A DNA stretch of 64,000 bases from Candidatus Woesebacteria bacterium UBA1430 (GCA_002329465.1 DCTW01000005.1:4131-68130), one strand, 5' to 3'. Counted from the first letter of the stretch, positions 38,570 to 46,239 are shown. Notes: generated from the letters alone by a model not told the origin. A program made the numbers and translations.

Positions 38570-39184
38570 ATGGATATGACAAAACTGATTTTGGTTAGAC
38601 ATGGTGAAACAGAAGTTAATGTTAAGGGTAAAATTCACAAATACGGGGACTCTGAACAGTTAACAAAAAAAGGGATTTCGCAGATTGGTAAAACCTCGCA
38701 GGCACTAAAGAAATATCAACCATCCGTTGTATATTGTTCTAAAGAAGAGCGTGCCAAACAGTCAGCAAAAATAATTTCGGATAAGTTGGGCATCCCCTTA
38801 GTTGAAGTAGAAGGACTTGAAGAAAGGAACTGGGGAGACTTTGCTGGTTTATCTTTTCAGGAAATAAAAGAAAAGGCTGGTATGGATAAAATGAGCTTTG
38901 AGGAAAGATACACTTTTCATCCTCCTAATGGAGAGTCGTGGCAGGAAACAGAAGATAGATTGTTAAAAACACTAAATGAAATCCTTTCTAAAAATCAAGG
39001 TAAAAATATAGTGTTAGTTACTCATGGCGGGTCTATTAGAATTTACATGCCCACTCTTTTAGGGGTTAATAAGGAAGAAAGTTACAAATACGACCCTGAC
39101 AATGCCTCAATTTCTGTATTTAGTTATCAAGATGACAAATTTTTCAAAATTATTTACAACGACACATCTCACTTAAATGATTAA
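38570..39184 (+). CDS. Histidine phosphatase (phosphoglycerate mutase superfamily)
   Basis: LVRHGET, RAKQS, LEER.WG, NGES, LVTHGG, NASIS. Confidence 0.93.
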   Translation: MDMTKLILVRHGETEVNVKGKIHKYGDSEQLTKKGISQIGKTSQALKKYQPSVVYCSKEERAKQSAKIISDKLGIPLVEVEGLEERNWGDFAGLSFQEIKEKAGMDKMSFEERYTFHPPNGESWQETEDRLLKTLNEILSKNQGKNIVLVTHGGSIRIYMPTLLGVNKEESYKYDPDNASISVFSYQDDKFFKIIYNDTSHLND

Positions 39185-39641
39185 GGCTCTATTATTTGAC
39201 TTTTCAAGAACAATTTTATTTCCCAAAGATAGGAGTTATCAGGGTGGATTAAACTCCTTACATAAAGAGATGTCATTGCGAGAAGGATATAACTTTCTTG
39301 ACCATTTTGAATTGGACGAACACTTGCTAGGTTATCTCAAAAGTGTAAAAAGTAAATACAAACTGTATATTTTTACTTCTGGTTCAGTTCAAAATGCTCC
39401 TGAAATTAAACCGCGACTTGATGAAATTTTTGACAAGATTTTTTCAGCTGAAGAAATTGGTTTAGCCAAGAACGACCCAAAAGCCTACGAGTATATTGCA
39501 GAAGCCATAGGATTAACTCCTGATGAAGTTCTCTTTACTGATGACACTGAAGAAAACATTAAGGCCGCTAAGTCTATTGGAATGAACACTACGCTTTACA
39601 AAGAGCTTGAGGAATTAAGACGGAAGATTAGTGAGGTATAG
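39177..39641 (+). CDS. HAD-IA-like hydrolase (short; motif I reads DFS)
   Basis: ALLFDFSRT, FTSG, K.DP..Y, LFTDD...NI.AA..IGM. Confidence 0.8.
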   Translation: MIKALLFDFSRTILFPKDRSYQGGLNSLHKEMSLREGYNFLDHFELDEHLLGYLKSVKSKYKLYIFTSGSVQNAPEIKPRLDEIFDKIFSAEEIGLAKNDPKAYEYIAEAIGLTPDEVLFTDDTEENIKAAKSIGMNTTLYKELEELRRKISEV

Positions 39642-39656
39642 AATAGAGAATAACAC

Positions 39657-39776
39657 TGACATGGTGAAACTAAGACTAATTTCGCTGGTAAATTACACAA
39701 AGGTGATGATCCAAAAGAATTGACTGAATTAGGCAAAAAGCAAACAAGAATAATGGCAATGACTATTAAAAATTAA
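39657..39776 (+). pseudogene. 5' remnant of a second histidine phosphatase gene
   Basis: *HGETKTNFAGKLHKGDDPKELTELGKKQ aligns with RHGETEVNVKGKIHKYGDSEQLTKKGISQ of 38570; ends just before repeat B2. Confidence 0.75.
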
Positions 39777-39794
39777 CAAACCCGATCTAGCCCA

Positions 39795-39905
39795 GAGTAG
39801 GCTTTGGTTGCCAGACTTCGAACAATTTAGTGTGAATTGAATAGCTTTGAGATTGAGAAAATAGGCCAATTCGTTAATCCAGAACCTGCTTTTAAGTTTG
39901 TTTAG
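39795..39905 (+). repeat. Repeat B2 (111 bp)
   Basis: Copy of B1 with six synonymous third-position changes and two nonsense changes. Confidence 0.9.
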
Positions 39906-39926
39906 TTTTTGATATAGTTGTGGCTG

Positions 39927-40607
39927 ATGAAGAAGTTGGCATTGTTTGATTTCGATAATGTTATATACAGGGGTCATTCTGTTTTTGATATTATTCAACT
40001 CATGGAAAAAGATGGTTTCATTCAACCAGTTATGTGGAAAGTGGTTGAAGAACAGTTGCATAAGTATAAAAGTAATGAGATTTCATATAAAGATGCTGCT
40101 GATAAAATGCTATTTTCTTGGGCAAAAGCCTTGGAATTTAGAAGTTATCAGTCAGCTTTAGATTATGTTCAAAATTACTTTACAAATAATCCGGACAAGT
40201 TTTTTGGCTGGTTTGAAACTATTAACCAGGTACTTAGCAAGAGTTATAATATTTTTATTATTAGTACTAACTATCAGTTTATTGCAGAAGCAGTCGTTAG
40301 CAGATTTGGATTGCGTGGTTATGTTTCATCTGTGGCGGGAGTAGAAAACGGTTTATTCACTGGTCAATTACAAAAATCGTTAGCTGGAAATAAAGGAGAG
40401 GTTGCATCAATTCTTAAATCCTATCCCAGAGATGATTCTGTTGCAGTTGGAGATTCAGAAAATGATATTGATGTGTTAGAGCGTGTTGATTATCCGATAT
40501 GTTTCCAACCTGATGAAAAACTCAAAATGGTTGCACAGCAAGAAGGCTGGAAATTGGCTGACGAAAATAGTATCCTACAGGTTTTTGATGAGATTTTAAA
40601 AGACTGA
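39927..40607 (+). CDS. HAD-IB hydrolase (SerB-like phosphatase family)
   Basis: LALFDFDNV, IIST, AVGDSENDIDVL...P...PD.KL. Confidence 0.88.
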   Translation: MKKLALFDFDNVIYRGHSVFDIIQLMEKDGFIQPVMWKVVEEQLHKYKSNEISYKDAADKMLFSWAKALEFRSYQSALDYVQNYFTNNPDKFFGWFETINQVLSKSYNIFIISTNYQFIAEAVVSRFGLRGYVSSVAGVENGLFTGQLQKSLAGNKGEVASILKSYPRDDSVAVGDSENDIDVLERVDYPICFQPDEKLKMVAQQEGWKLADENSILQVFDEILKD

Positions 40608-40612
40608 CTTAG

Positions 40613-40683
40613 CTTTAAAGTTCAATTCTCTTCAGGGTTAGGAATAGTTTGATGTAGTTATGTGAAGCAAAAGAAAATGCAGG
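40613..40683 (+). repeat. Repeat A2, running into the tRNA-Trp 3' end
   Basis: Diverged copy of A1; its terminal CAGG is the last 4 nt of tRNA-Trp. Confidence 0.85.
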
Positions 40684-40750
40684 CCTGGAGGGAATCGAAC
40701 CCCCGTCACGGGTTTTGGAGACCCGGGTCCTACCACTGAACGACAGGCCT
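40680..40750 (-). tRNA. tRNA-Trp(CCA)
   Basis: AGGCCTG/CAGGCCT acceptor stem; CGGGT-CTCCAAA-ACCCG anticodon arm; TTCGATT. Confidence 0.96.
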
Positions 40751-40869
40751 AAGCACACATATTTTATCCCGAATCTCTCAGTCAGTCTAGTTTTCACCGC
40801 ATCCCCTCATCAAGTAGGCTTTTAAGATTATTAATACCGGAAGAACCATAAAGACATTGAAAAAAAGTA

Positions 40870-41004
40870 GGGGTAACTGCAAGTACTGGAGTGGTGCCTT
40901 CTTCCTTGAAATATAGTGCGAAGCCGGTTAAAGGTGAGCTACTTTGTCTTGCGAACGAGCCATTCGTGCGTAAAGGCTTGTCTTGGCAGGAGGGTGCTTA
41001 CCCC
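40870..41004 (-). ncRNA. Unassigned ~135-nt small RNA candidate
   Basis: TGcTATAAT 7 nt upstream; 5' GGGGTAA pairs with 3' TTACCCC; TAC-T7 immediately after. Confidence 0.5.
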
Positions 41005-41085
41005 AAAAATTATTATAGCAATTAAATGCAGCTTGCAAGAAGTAAAAAATTTTTTCTAATTTTAATTAAAAGGAGGTGTGTGATA

Positions 41086-41325
41086 TTGAGCATAGAAAAT
41101 TTAGGAGAAAGAATAAATAGTCAAGCGCAATTAACCGTCAACGGAATAGAGCTTGACCCCGGCCAAAGATTTAATGCCGTAATTTTGGGAGTCGAGATAG
41201 CAGATTTAAATGTGCCACCGGCTGAAGTGGACAAAGAAGAACTTAGCGAAAGATTAACAACGATCGCAAGGCAAACGGGCGATCCCTTAACGGCGATTCT
41301 TGCCGCACAAATAGTAGAGGACTAA
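41086..41325 (+). CDS. Small hypothetical protein
   Basis: AGGAGGT 8 nt before an in-frame TTG at 41086. Confidence 0.55.
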   Translation: MSIENLGERINSQAQLTVNGIELDPGQRFNAVILGVEIADLNVPPAEVDKEELSERLTTIARQTGDPLTAILAAQIVED

Positions 41326-41816
41326 TAGGAGCCTTTGTTAAGAAGCCAATTGATAATATCGTCCTCCGGCGCATCAGAAAGGTCATCCTGGACTTCCGGA
41401 TTAGGACTATTTTCCCCGAACCGATTAAGGATTGAGTTATATTGCTCAACTGTTATCTCGCCATTATGAAGTGCAGCTGTTGCAGACATGGCAATTCTTT
41501 GAAATGCGGCGTTTCTTATTTTGGGATCGGGGCTCGTGGCTAGTTTATAGATATCCGAAGAGCAGTGATACGCTCCGCAAATAAAAGGCCTCCCACTCGC
41601 GTTTTCCAATACAAACCTACATCCCTGTCCATACAATTGATACTCACACGGCTCTCCTGCATTCTTTTTAAAATCAGAGTTTGCATCTCTTACCTCTAGA
41701 GCATAGCAGCAGCCGGTGCATAAACTACCATTTCCGGTTTCACAGATTGGCTCACCGCCCACTCCCACCATTCCGTGGATATTGGCATTCGGGTGATTGG
41801 GGTTGTATTCCACCAT
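41322..41816 (-). CDS. Cys-rich protein, YkgJ/CxxCxxCC-like
   Basis: LCTGCC...PCEY...GC...RPFICGAYHCS; starts 2 nt after the rpmG stop. Confidence 0.65.
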   Translation of the reverse strand: MVEYNPNHPNANIHGMVGVGGEPICETGNGSLCTGCCYALEVRDANSDFKKNAGEPCEYQLYGQGCRFVLENASGRPFICGAYHCSSDIYKLATSPDPKIRNAAFQRIAMSATAALHNGEITVEQYNSILNRFGENSPNPEVQDDLSDAPEDDIINWLLNKGSY

Positions 41817-41818
41817 TT

Positions 41819-41992
41819 TTATTTAAGCTTCGAAGATTCCTTGTGCTCAGTTATCTTTTTACAGAATTTGCAGTACTTTTTAAGCACAAGCTTCCCCTCC
41901 ATATTCACCTTATTTCGGGTGGTGATATAGTTTTGTCTCTTGCACTCGCTACAAACAAGCGCAACTATTTTATCTGTCCTCTTCTGAGCCAT
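41819..41992 (-). CDS. rpmG: 50S ribosomal protein L33 (zinc-binding type)
   Basis: Below the ORF-track cutoff; manual translation MAQKRTDKIVALVCSECKRQNYITTRNK...LKKYCKFCKKITEHKE. Confidence 0.95.
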   Translation of the reverse strand: MAQKRTDKIVALVCSECKRQNYITTRNKVNMEGKLVLKKYCKFCKKITEHKESSKLK

Positions 41993-41993
41993 G

Positions 41994-42021
41994 AATTAAC
42001 TGATAACTGATAACTTAATAC
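41994..42021. repeat. Heptamer tandem repeat (TGATAAC type)
   Basis: aattaac tgataac tgataac ttaatac. Confidence 0.7.
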
Positions 42022-42285
42022 TATTTGTTGATTTTTCTTCTAAAACCATATAACTTTTTAAGTAACATCTCGCACTTGAGCGTGTACGCTTTATGCTTCG
42101 TCGATGAAATATACCTTAAATCATAACAAATATCCAGTACCGCTACAATTTCACCCAGTGATCCAATAGATATCATGAGATATCTAGAAAACTCCTTATC
42201 GGATTTCTTTATCAATCCCTCGGCAAGATTTAAAATCACCGAAGTGCTCGCCCTTATATATAGGAAACTCCTGAAACCTCAACAT
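42021..42285 (-). pseudogene. Four-helix-bundle (IVS-encoded / Avd-like) protein gene with internal deletion and frameshift
   Basis: ATG 42285 gives MLRFQEFPIYK, then jumps out of frame to RASTSVILNLAEG...FSRYL.IS.GSL.E; 265 nt total. Confidence 0.8.
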
Positions 42286-42290
42286 CAGCA

Positions 42291-42342
42291 ATCAGTTATT
42301 AGTAATAAGTAATAAGTCATCAGTCATTAGTCATCAGTCATT
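42291..42342. repeat. Heptamer tandem repeat (ATCAGTC type, 7 units)
   Basis: atcagtt attagta ataagta ataagtc atcagtc attagtc atcagtc. Confidence 0.85.
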
Positions 42343-42344
42343 TG

Positions 42345-42416
42345 AGCCTGAGGCGGGATTTGAACCCGCGACCCCTTTCTTACCAAGAAAGTGCTCTACC
42401 CCTGAGCTACCCAGGC
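42345..42416 (-). tRNA. tRNA-Thr(GGT)
   Basis: Cloverleaf; anticodon arm CTTTC-TTGGTAA-GAAAG. Confidence 0.96.
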
Positions 42417-42468
42417 GATATAACACAAATTATACCTGCTCTTTCAAAATATAGTTTATACTAAGAAA

Positions 42469-43401
42469 ATGAAAATAGCAGCTTCAATTTTAGCATTTTT
42501 TATTTTTGTATTGGCAATTTCATCCTTGTTTCTTAATAAAAATATACCTAAGAGAACCCCTTCGCCCGAGTCCAAATCTCAGCAGGAATCAAAAGCTACA
42601 ATTCTTCTCGGAGGTGACGTAATGCTCGCTAGATCCGTAATGACAAAAAGTATTAAGGCAGGAGACTATGCTTATCCGTTTAGTAAAATCGCGGATTTTA
42701 CAAAAGACGCTGACATTTTTTTTGTTAATCTTGAAAACCCCATTGTATCCGGCTGTCCAAAAACAGATAGTGGATTTAAATTCTGCGCGGATCCAAAAAT
42801 GATCGAAGGTCTGTTATTCGCTGGAGTTGACGTTGTAACTCTTGCCAACAATCACGCGGGTAATTACGGGCAAGAAGGGATAGAAGAAACAAAAAAATTT
42901 TTGGACCAATCAGGCATAAAATTTGTCGGCTTTGATAATCTTGAAACAATAAAAGTAGGGGATATAAAAATAGGCCTTCTCGGATTAGATTTTTTAACAA
43001 ACACTCCTAAAGATTCGGATTTCAAGCTGATTTCAGAATCAAAAAAAGAAGTTGACTTTCTTGTTGTCGGTATCCACTGGGGAGTGGAGTATAGGTATGA
43101 GCCTGAAAGTTATCAAAAAGAGTTGGCTAAAAAAATAATCGAGAGCGGGGCGGACGCAATTGCTGGCCATCACCCGCACTGGGTACAAAAGATAGAGTAT
43201 ATAGAGGGAAAACCAATTTACTACTCGCTTGGTAATTTGGTTTTTGATCAAATGTGGAGCGAAGAAACAAAAAAAGGATTGTTAGTAAAACTTACAGTAA
43301 ACAAAAACGGTAAAATTGTAAACGAAGAATTCATAAAAACCTACATGAGCGCCTTCGCTCAACCGGAACTTGTGCCAAGGCCAGGATTCGAACCTGGGTA
43401 G
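42469..43401 (+). CDS. CapA/PgsA-family metallophosphoesterase
   Basis: GDVML, NLE, LANNH, HWG.EY, GHHPHW.Q, YSLGNLVFDQ. Confidence 0.92.
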   Translation: MKIAASILAFFIFVLAISSLFLNKNIPKRTPSPESKSQQESKATILLGGDVMLARSVMTKSIKAGDYAYPFSKIADFTKDADIFFVNLENPIVSGCPKTDSGFKFCADPKMIEGLLFAGVDVVTLANNHAGNYGQEGIEETKKFLDQSGIKFVGFDNLETIKVGDIKIGLLGLDFLTNTPKDSDFKLISESKKEVDFLVVGIHWGVEYRYEPESYQKELAKKIIESGADAIAGHHPHWVQKIEYIEGKPIYYSLGNLVFDQMWSEETKKGLLVKLTVNKNGKIVNEEFIKTYMSAFAQPELVPRPGFEPG

Positions 43402-43457
43402 GCCTTTCGGCCGGCAGTTTTACAGACTGCTACGTTTGTCCACTCCGTCACCTTGGC
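43373..43457 (-). tRNA. tRNA-Tyr(GTA)
   Basis: GCAGT-CTGTAAA-ACTGC anticodon arm; long variable arm GGCC-GAAA-GGCC. Confidence 0.96.
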
Positions 43458-43477
43458 AAATCTTTATTTTTAACTTG

Positions 43478-43550
43478 AGCCTAGGGTGGGATTCGAACCC
43501 ACGACCCCATGTTTACAAAACATGTGCTCTAACCACTGAGCTACCCAGGC
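43478..43550 (-). tRNA. tRNA-Thr(TGT)
   Basis: Cloverleaf; anticodon arm CATGT-TTTGTAA-ACATG. Confidence 0.96.
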
Positions 43551-43625
43551 ACCTCAAAGCAATTTATGTGAATATTATATCAGCAAAGAAGATAATTTTT
43601 AATTTTGATTTTTAAACTTAACGGT

Positions 43626-43814
43626 ATGACCCCGCCGCGGGAACTAGGCGATTTCCTGGTACTAGACCAGGTGGGCTAGACTGGTCCGTCTCCCTCGGGA
43701 AATCGGACACCCGTCTGCTTCGAATTTCTTCGAAGCGCTCCGCCCTGAGCGGGGCTCCCGGAGTAATTTTTAGTCAGGAAATGTGCCTAGCTATCCTCCC
43801 TTTAGCAGGGTCAT
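43626..43814 (-). ncRNA. ssrS: Probable 6S RNA
   Basis: 189 nt; long closing stem (ATGACCCTGC/GCGGGGTCAT, CTAGGC/GCCTAG, ATTTCCTG/CAGGAAAT); A-rich bubble followed by CGGGAGC; CCCACCTG; TATAAT upstream. Confidence 0.7.
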
Positions 43815-43834
43815 TATTATTATAACACGAAAAA

Positions 43835-44473
43835 TCAAAATGCCATTACACCGGGCAAGTATATAGAAAGAAGAAAATTAATTATTGGAGATAGTATCGT
43901 AAAAACAGGAGACACTCCGCTCCAAATGGGAAAAATGAGCAAAATTAGTATAAAAATTCCATACTGTTTTAAAAAAATATCTACCGTATGCGCGTCCTTT
44001 TCTGGCAAAAATCCGACAAGTATTTTCCCGCCGTCAAGGGGGTGAATGGGCAGTAGATTAAAAACGGCAAGGATAATATTCAAAAAAATAAAAGGTGTAA
44101 GTATTGTAGCAACTAGCGAAAAAGGCGTAACAACAAAATGAATTATTATAGATAAAATTGCGGCAAAAAAAAGATTGCTAAATGGCCCTGCCAGAGAAAT
44201 AATAGCCGCATCGCGCCTGGGGTTGGCCAAATTATACGGATCAAATTGCACAGGCTTTCCCCATCCGAAACGCACAATAAGAAGCATTAATGTCCCTAGC
44301 GGATCAAGGTGCGCCAGCGGATTTAATGTAAGCCTGCCCTGGATCTTCGGAGTAGGGTCTCCAAGCTTAACGGCAGTCCAAGCATGGGCAAACTCATGAA
44401 CCGTAATAGCCGAAACAAGGGCGGCTATCCATATTAAAAACGAGGCTGGATTGGATAAAAGTGTATCAAACAT
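43835..44473 (-). CDS. Site-2 protease family (M50) peptidase
   Basis: HEFAH, LAGP.SN, FNLLPI.PLDG. Confidence 0.93.
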   Translation of the reverse strand: MFDTLLSNPASFLIWIAALVSAITVHEFAHAWTAVKLGDPTPKIQGRLTLNPLAHLDPLGTLMLLIVRFGWGKPVQFDPYNLANPRRDAAIISLAGPFSNLFFAAILSIIIHFVVTPFSLVATILTPFIFLNIILAVFNLLPIHPLDGGKILVGFLPEKDAHTVDIFLKQYGIFILILLIFPIWSGVSPVFTILSPIINFLLSIYLPGVMAF

Positions 44474-44533
44474 TTGTGAATCTTTAACTTTACTATTATA
44501 ATATGAACTTGTCTATTATCTAAAGGAGTTTAT

Positions 44534-44773
44534 ATGGCAAGCATTTGCTTTATTTGTCACAAAAGTTCGGTCGTAGGAAAAAGCCAAAAGCACCGAAGAG
44601 GTGTGGCGGGTAAGCGTTGGAAAAATAAAGTTACGCCCACAAAACGTGTTTTCAAACCAAATCTTCAACCCATTACGCTCAAAGTAAACGGAATAAACAA
44701 AAAAGTTTACCTATGCACAAGGTGCATCAAGAGACTTAAAAAAGACAAAAAAGAAGCTATTTTTCAAATCTAG
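44534..44773 (+). CDS. rpmB: 50S ribosomal protein L28
   Basis: CxxC, TKRVFKPNLQ, LCTRCIK. Confidence 0.92.
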   Translation: MASICFICHKSSVVGKSQKHRRGVAGKRWKNKVTPTKRVFKPNLQPITLKVNGINKKVYLCTRCIKRLKKDKKEAIFQI

Positions 44774-45680
44774 CTTCAGGATACCCCTCAATAAACTGTT
44801 TGTAGCTAACTGTGTTTTTACCCTCCAGCTGAACACGCTCCAAAATTAACTTTTTGTTCTCAAGTCTGGCTGAAAATATTTTTAGTCTCTTTTTTATTTT
44901 TCCTGGTAAGCTAATCTCGCTATAAGTTGTCGGCCAGGGATTTGTTGCCCTGATAAATCTTTCGATAGTTATTGGATTTGCTTTTTGAGTATAATTTTTC
45001 AAAAAAGCTATCTCCCAATCTCTGGACGACTCTTTTCCCTCCAAAGCATTCTTAATAAATTCCGGTAAAATAAAGCCATGTTCCCTTTTTATCGGAGTAG
45101 TAAAGCTTGCAGAGGATTCGTCCTGAACTTTAAGGTTAATTTTTCCGCTGATATAGCTCGGGATAAGCCGCAAAATAAACTCTCCGGATCTTTCAAACAA
45201 TCTTTCCGTTAAAGACCCCTGTGTATCATCCGGCTTTATCTCCTCTTTAAAGCTGGAAACAATCGGCCCATGGTCAAGCTTCTCATCCATCTTAATTACG
45301 CTAACTCCACTAAAGCGCTCCCCGGCGGCGATTGCTGCTTGGACAGGAGAGGCACCTCTATATTTTGGCAAAAGCGAGGGATGGATATTTAATATCCCGT
45401 ACTTAAATTTCCCCAAAACCTTCTTGGGTACAATGTTTCCATAAGCAGCTAAAATACCCAAATCTGCTTTTGGTATATCGGTAAGATTTCTAAATATTGG
45501 TATTTTTCTTTTATGGGCAAAGTTGTCAACAGGGCTGTATTCAAGAAACTGTTTTCTGCCTACCGGTTTGGGCGGCTGTGTAACAACTCCGATAATTCCA
45601 CCGTTCCTATTATATCTTTTATAAAGAAGCTTCAAAATATTTGCCGAATAGTAAGGTGTGCCGAAAAATACGATTTTCAT
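44757..45680 (-). CDS. fmt: Methionyl-tRNA formyltransferase
   Basis: MKIVFFGTP, VVTQP, NIHPSLLPKYRGASP, MDEKLDHG. Confidence 0.95.
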   Translation of the reverse strand: MKIVFFGTPYYSANILKLLYKRYNRNGGIIGVVTQPPKPVGRKQFLEYSPVDNFAHKRKIPIFRNLTDIPKADLGILAAYGNIVPKKVLGKFKYGILNIHPSLLPKYRGASPVQAAIAAGERFSGVSVIKMDEKLDHGPIVSSFKEEIKPDDTQGSLTERLFERSGEFILRLIPSYISGKINLKVQDESSASFTTPIKREHGFILPEFIKNALEGKESSRDWEIAFLKNYTQKANPITIERFIRATNPWPTTYSEISLPGKIKKRLKIFSARLENKKLILERVQLEGKNTVSYKQFIEGYPEARFEK

Positions 45681-46216
45681 GTCAGCTCTACTTCTTCCCA
45701 CTCATCGCCTTTAATATGATAAAGCGGAGATTTGTTTTTAAGTATGTGGTCAACAAACATCACGCCTATAAGATGATCCATTTCATGCTGTACAATTTGT
45801 GCAGGAAAACCGCTAAACTGCTCTTTAATCCTTTTTCCTTTAATGTTTTGATATTCAATAGCAATTTTAGATGCGCGCTCGATAGGTCCATAAAAATGGG
45901 GGATTGATAAACAGCCCTCAAGTATGTTTTCGTTCTTTTTGTTTTTAGGTTTTATTCTTTTTTTAGATATGCTAATAACTTTTGGGTTTATAACCTCTTT
46001 TGTAGTAATTCCCGCTTCTGGATAGTGCATAATAAATATTTTCAAATTTTTCCCTACTTGGGGAGCTGCAAGCCCAACGCCCTCAGGGTCTTTCTGAGAA
46101 AGCAGAGTCTCTTTCATATCCGAAACAAGAGATTTTATCTTTTTATCGATTTTTACCACCTCTTTGGATTTTTTTCGAAGAGCAGGATGTTTTATATCAA
46201 CAATTTTAAGTATCAT
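45677..46216 (-). CDS. def: Peptide deformylase
   Basis: GVGLAAPQVG, EGCLSIP, QHEMDHL.G. Confidence 0.96.
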   Translation of the reverse strand: MILKIVDIKHPALRKKSKEVVKIDKKIKSLVSDMKETLLSQKDPEGVGLAAPQVGKNLKIFIMHYPEAGITTKEVINPKVISISKKRIKPKNKKNENILEGCLSIPHFYGPIERASKIAIEYQNIKGKRIKEQFSGFPAQIVQHEMDHLIGVMFVDHILKNKSPLYHIKGDEWEEVELT

Positions 46217-46239
46217 ATAAGTATAAATTATATCACTCT

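Larger units (their letters stand above)
37292..40683. mobile_element. Integrase-less genomic islet / cassette array at the tRNA-Trp 3' end
   Basis: Abuts the tRNA-Trp 3' end; internal diverged repeats A (x2) and B (x3); codons look T-richer than flanking genes by eye; contains a gene remnant. Confidence 0.7.

Noticed and set aside
37292-40683. Classical integron with attC sites
   Set aside because: The repeats are not palindromic, lack the RYYYAAC/GTTRRRY ends, and no intI is present.
40615-40797. 60-aa minus-strand ORF
   Set aside because: Runs through the tRNA-Trp gene.
40870-41004. Tn3-type MITE (GGGG termini)
   Set aside because: The inverted match is only about 7 bp and there is no target-site duplication; the promoter and U-tract fit a transcript better.
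38438-42285. Diversity-generating retroelement (B1/B2 as TR/VR, four-helix gene as Avd)
   Set aside because: B1/B2 differences are not adenine-specific and there is no reverse transcriptase in the window.
43370-43615. 81-aa + strand ORF
   Set aside because: Antisense translation of tRNA-Tyr and tRNA-Thr.
43626-43814. RNase P RNA, tmRNA or SRP RNA
   Set aside because: No GAGGAAAGUCC, tRNA-like ends or SRP loop motif; size and shape fit 6S better.
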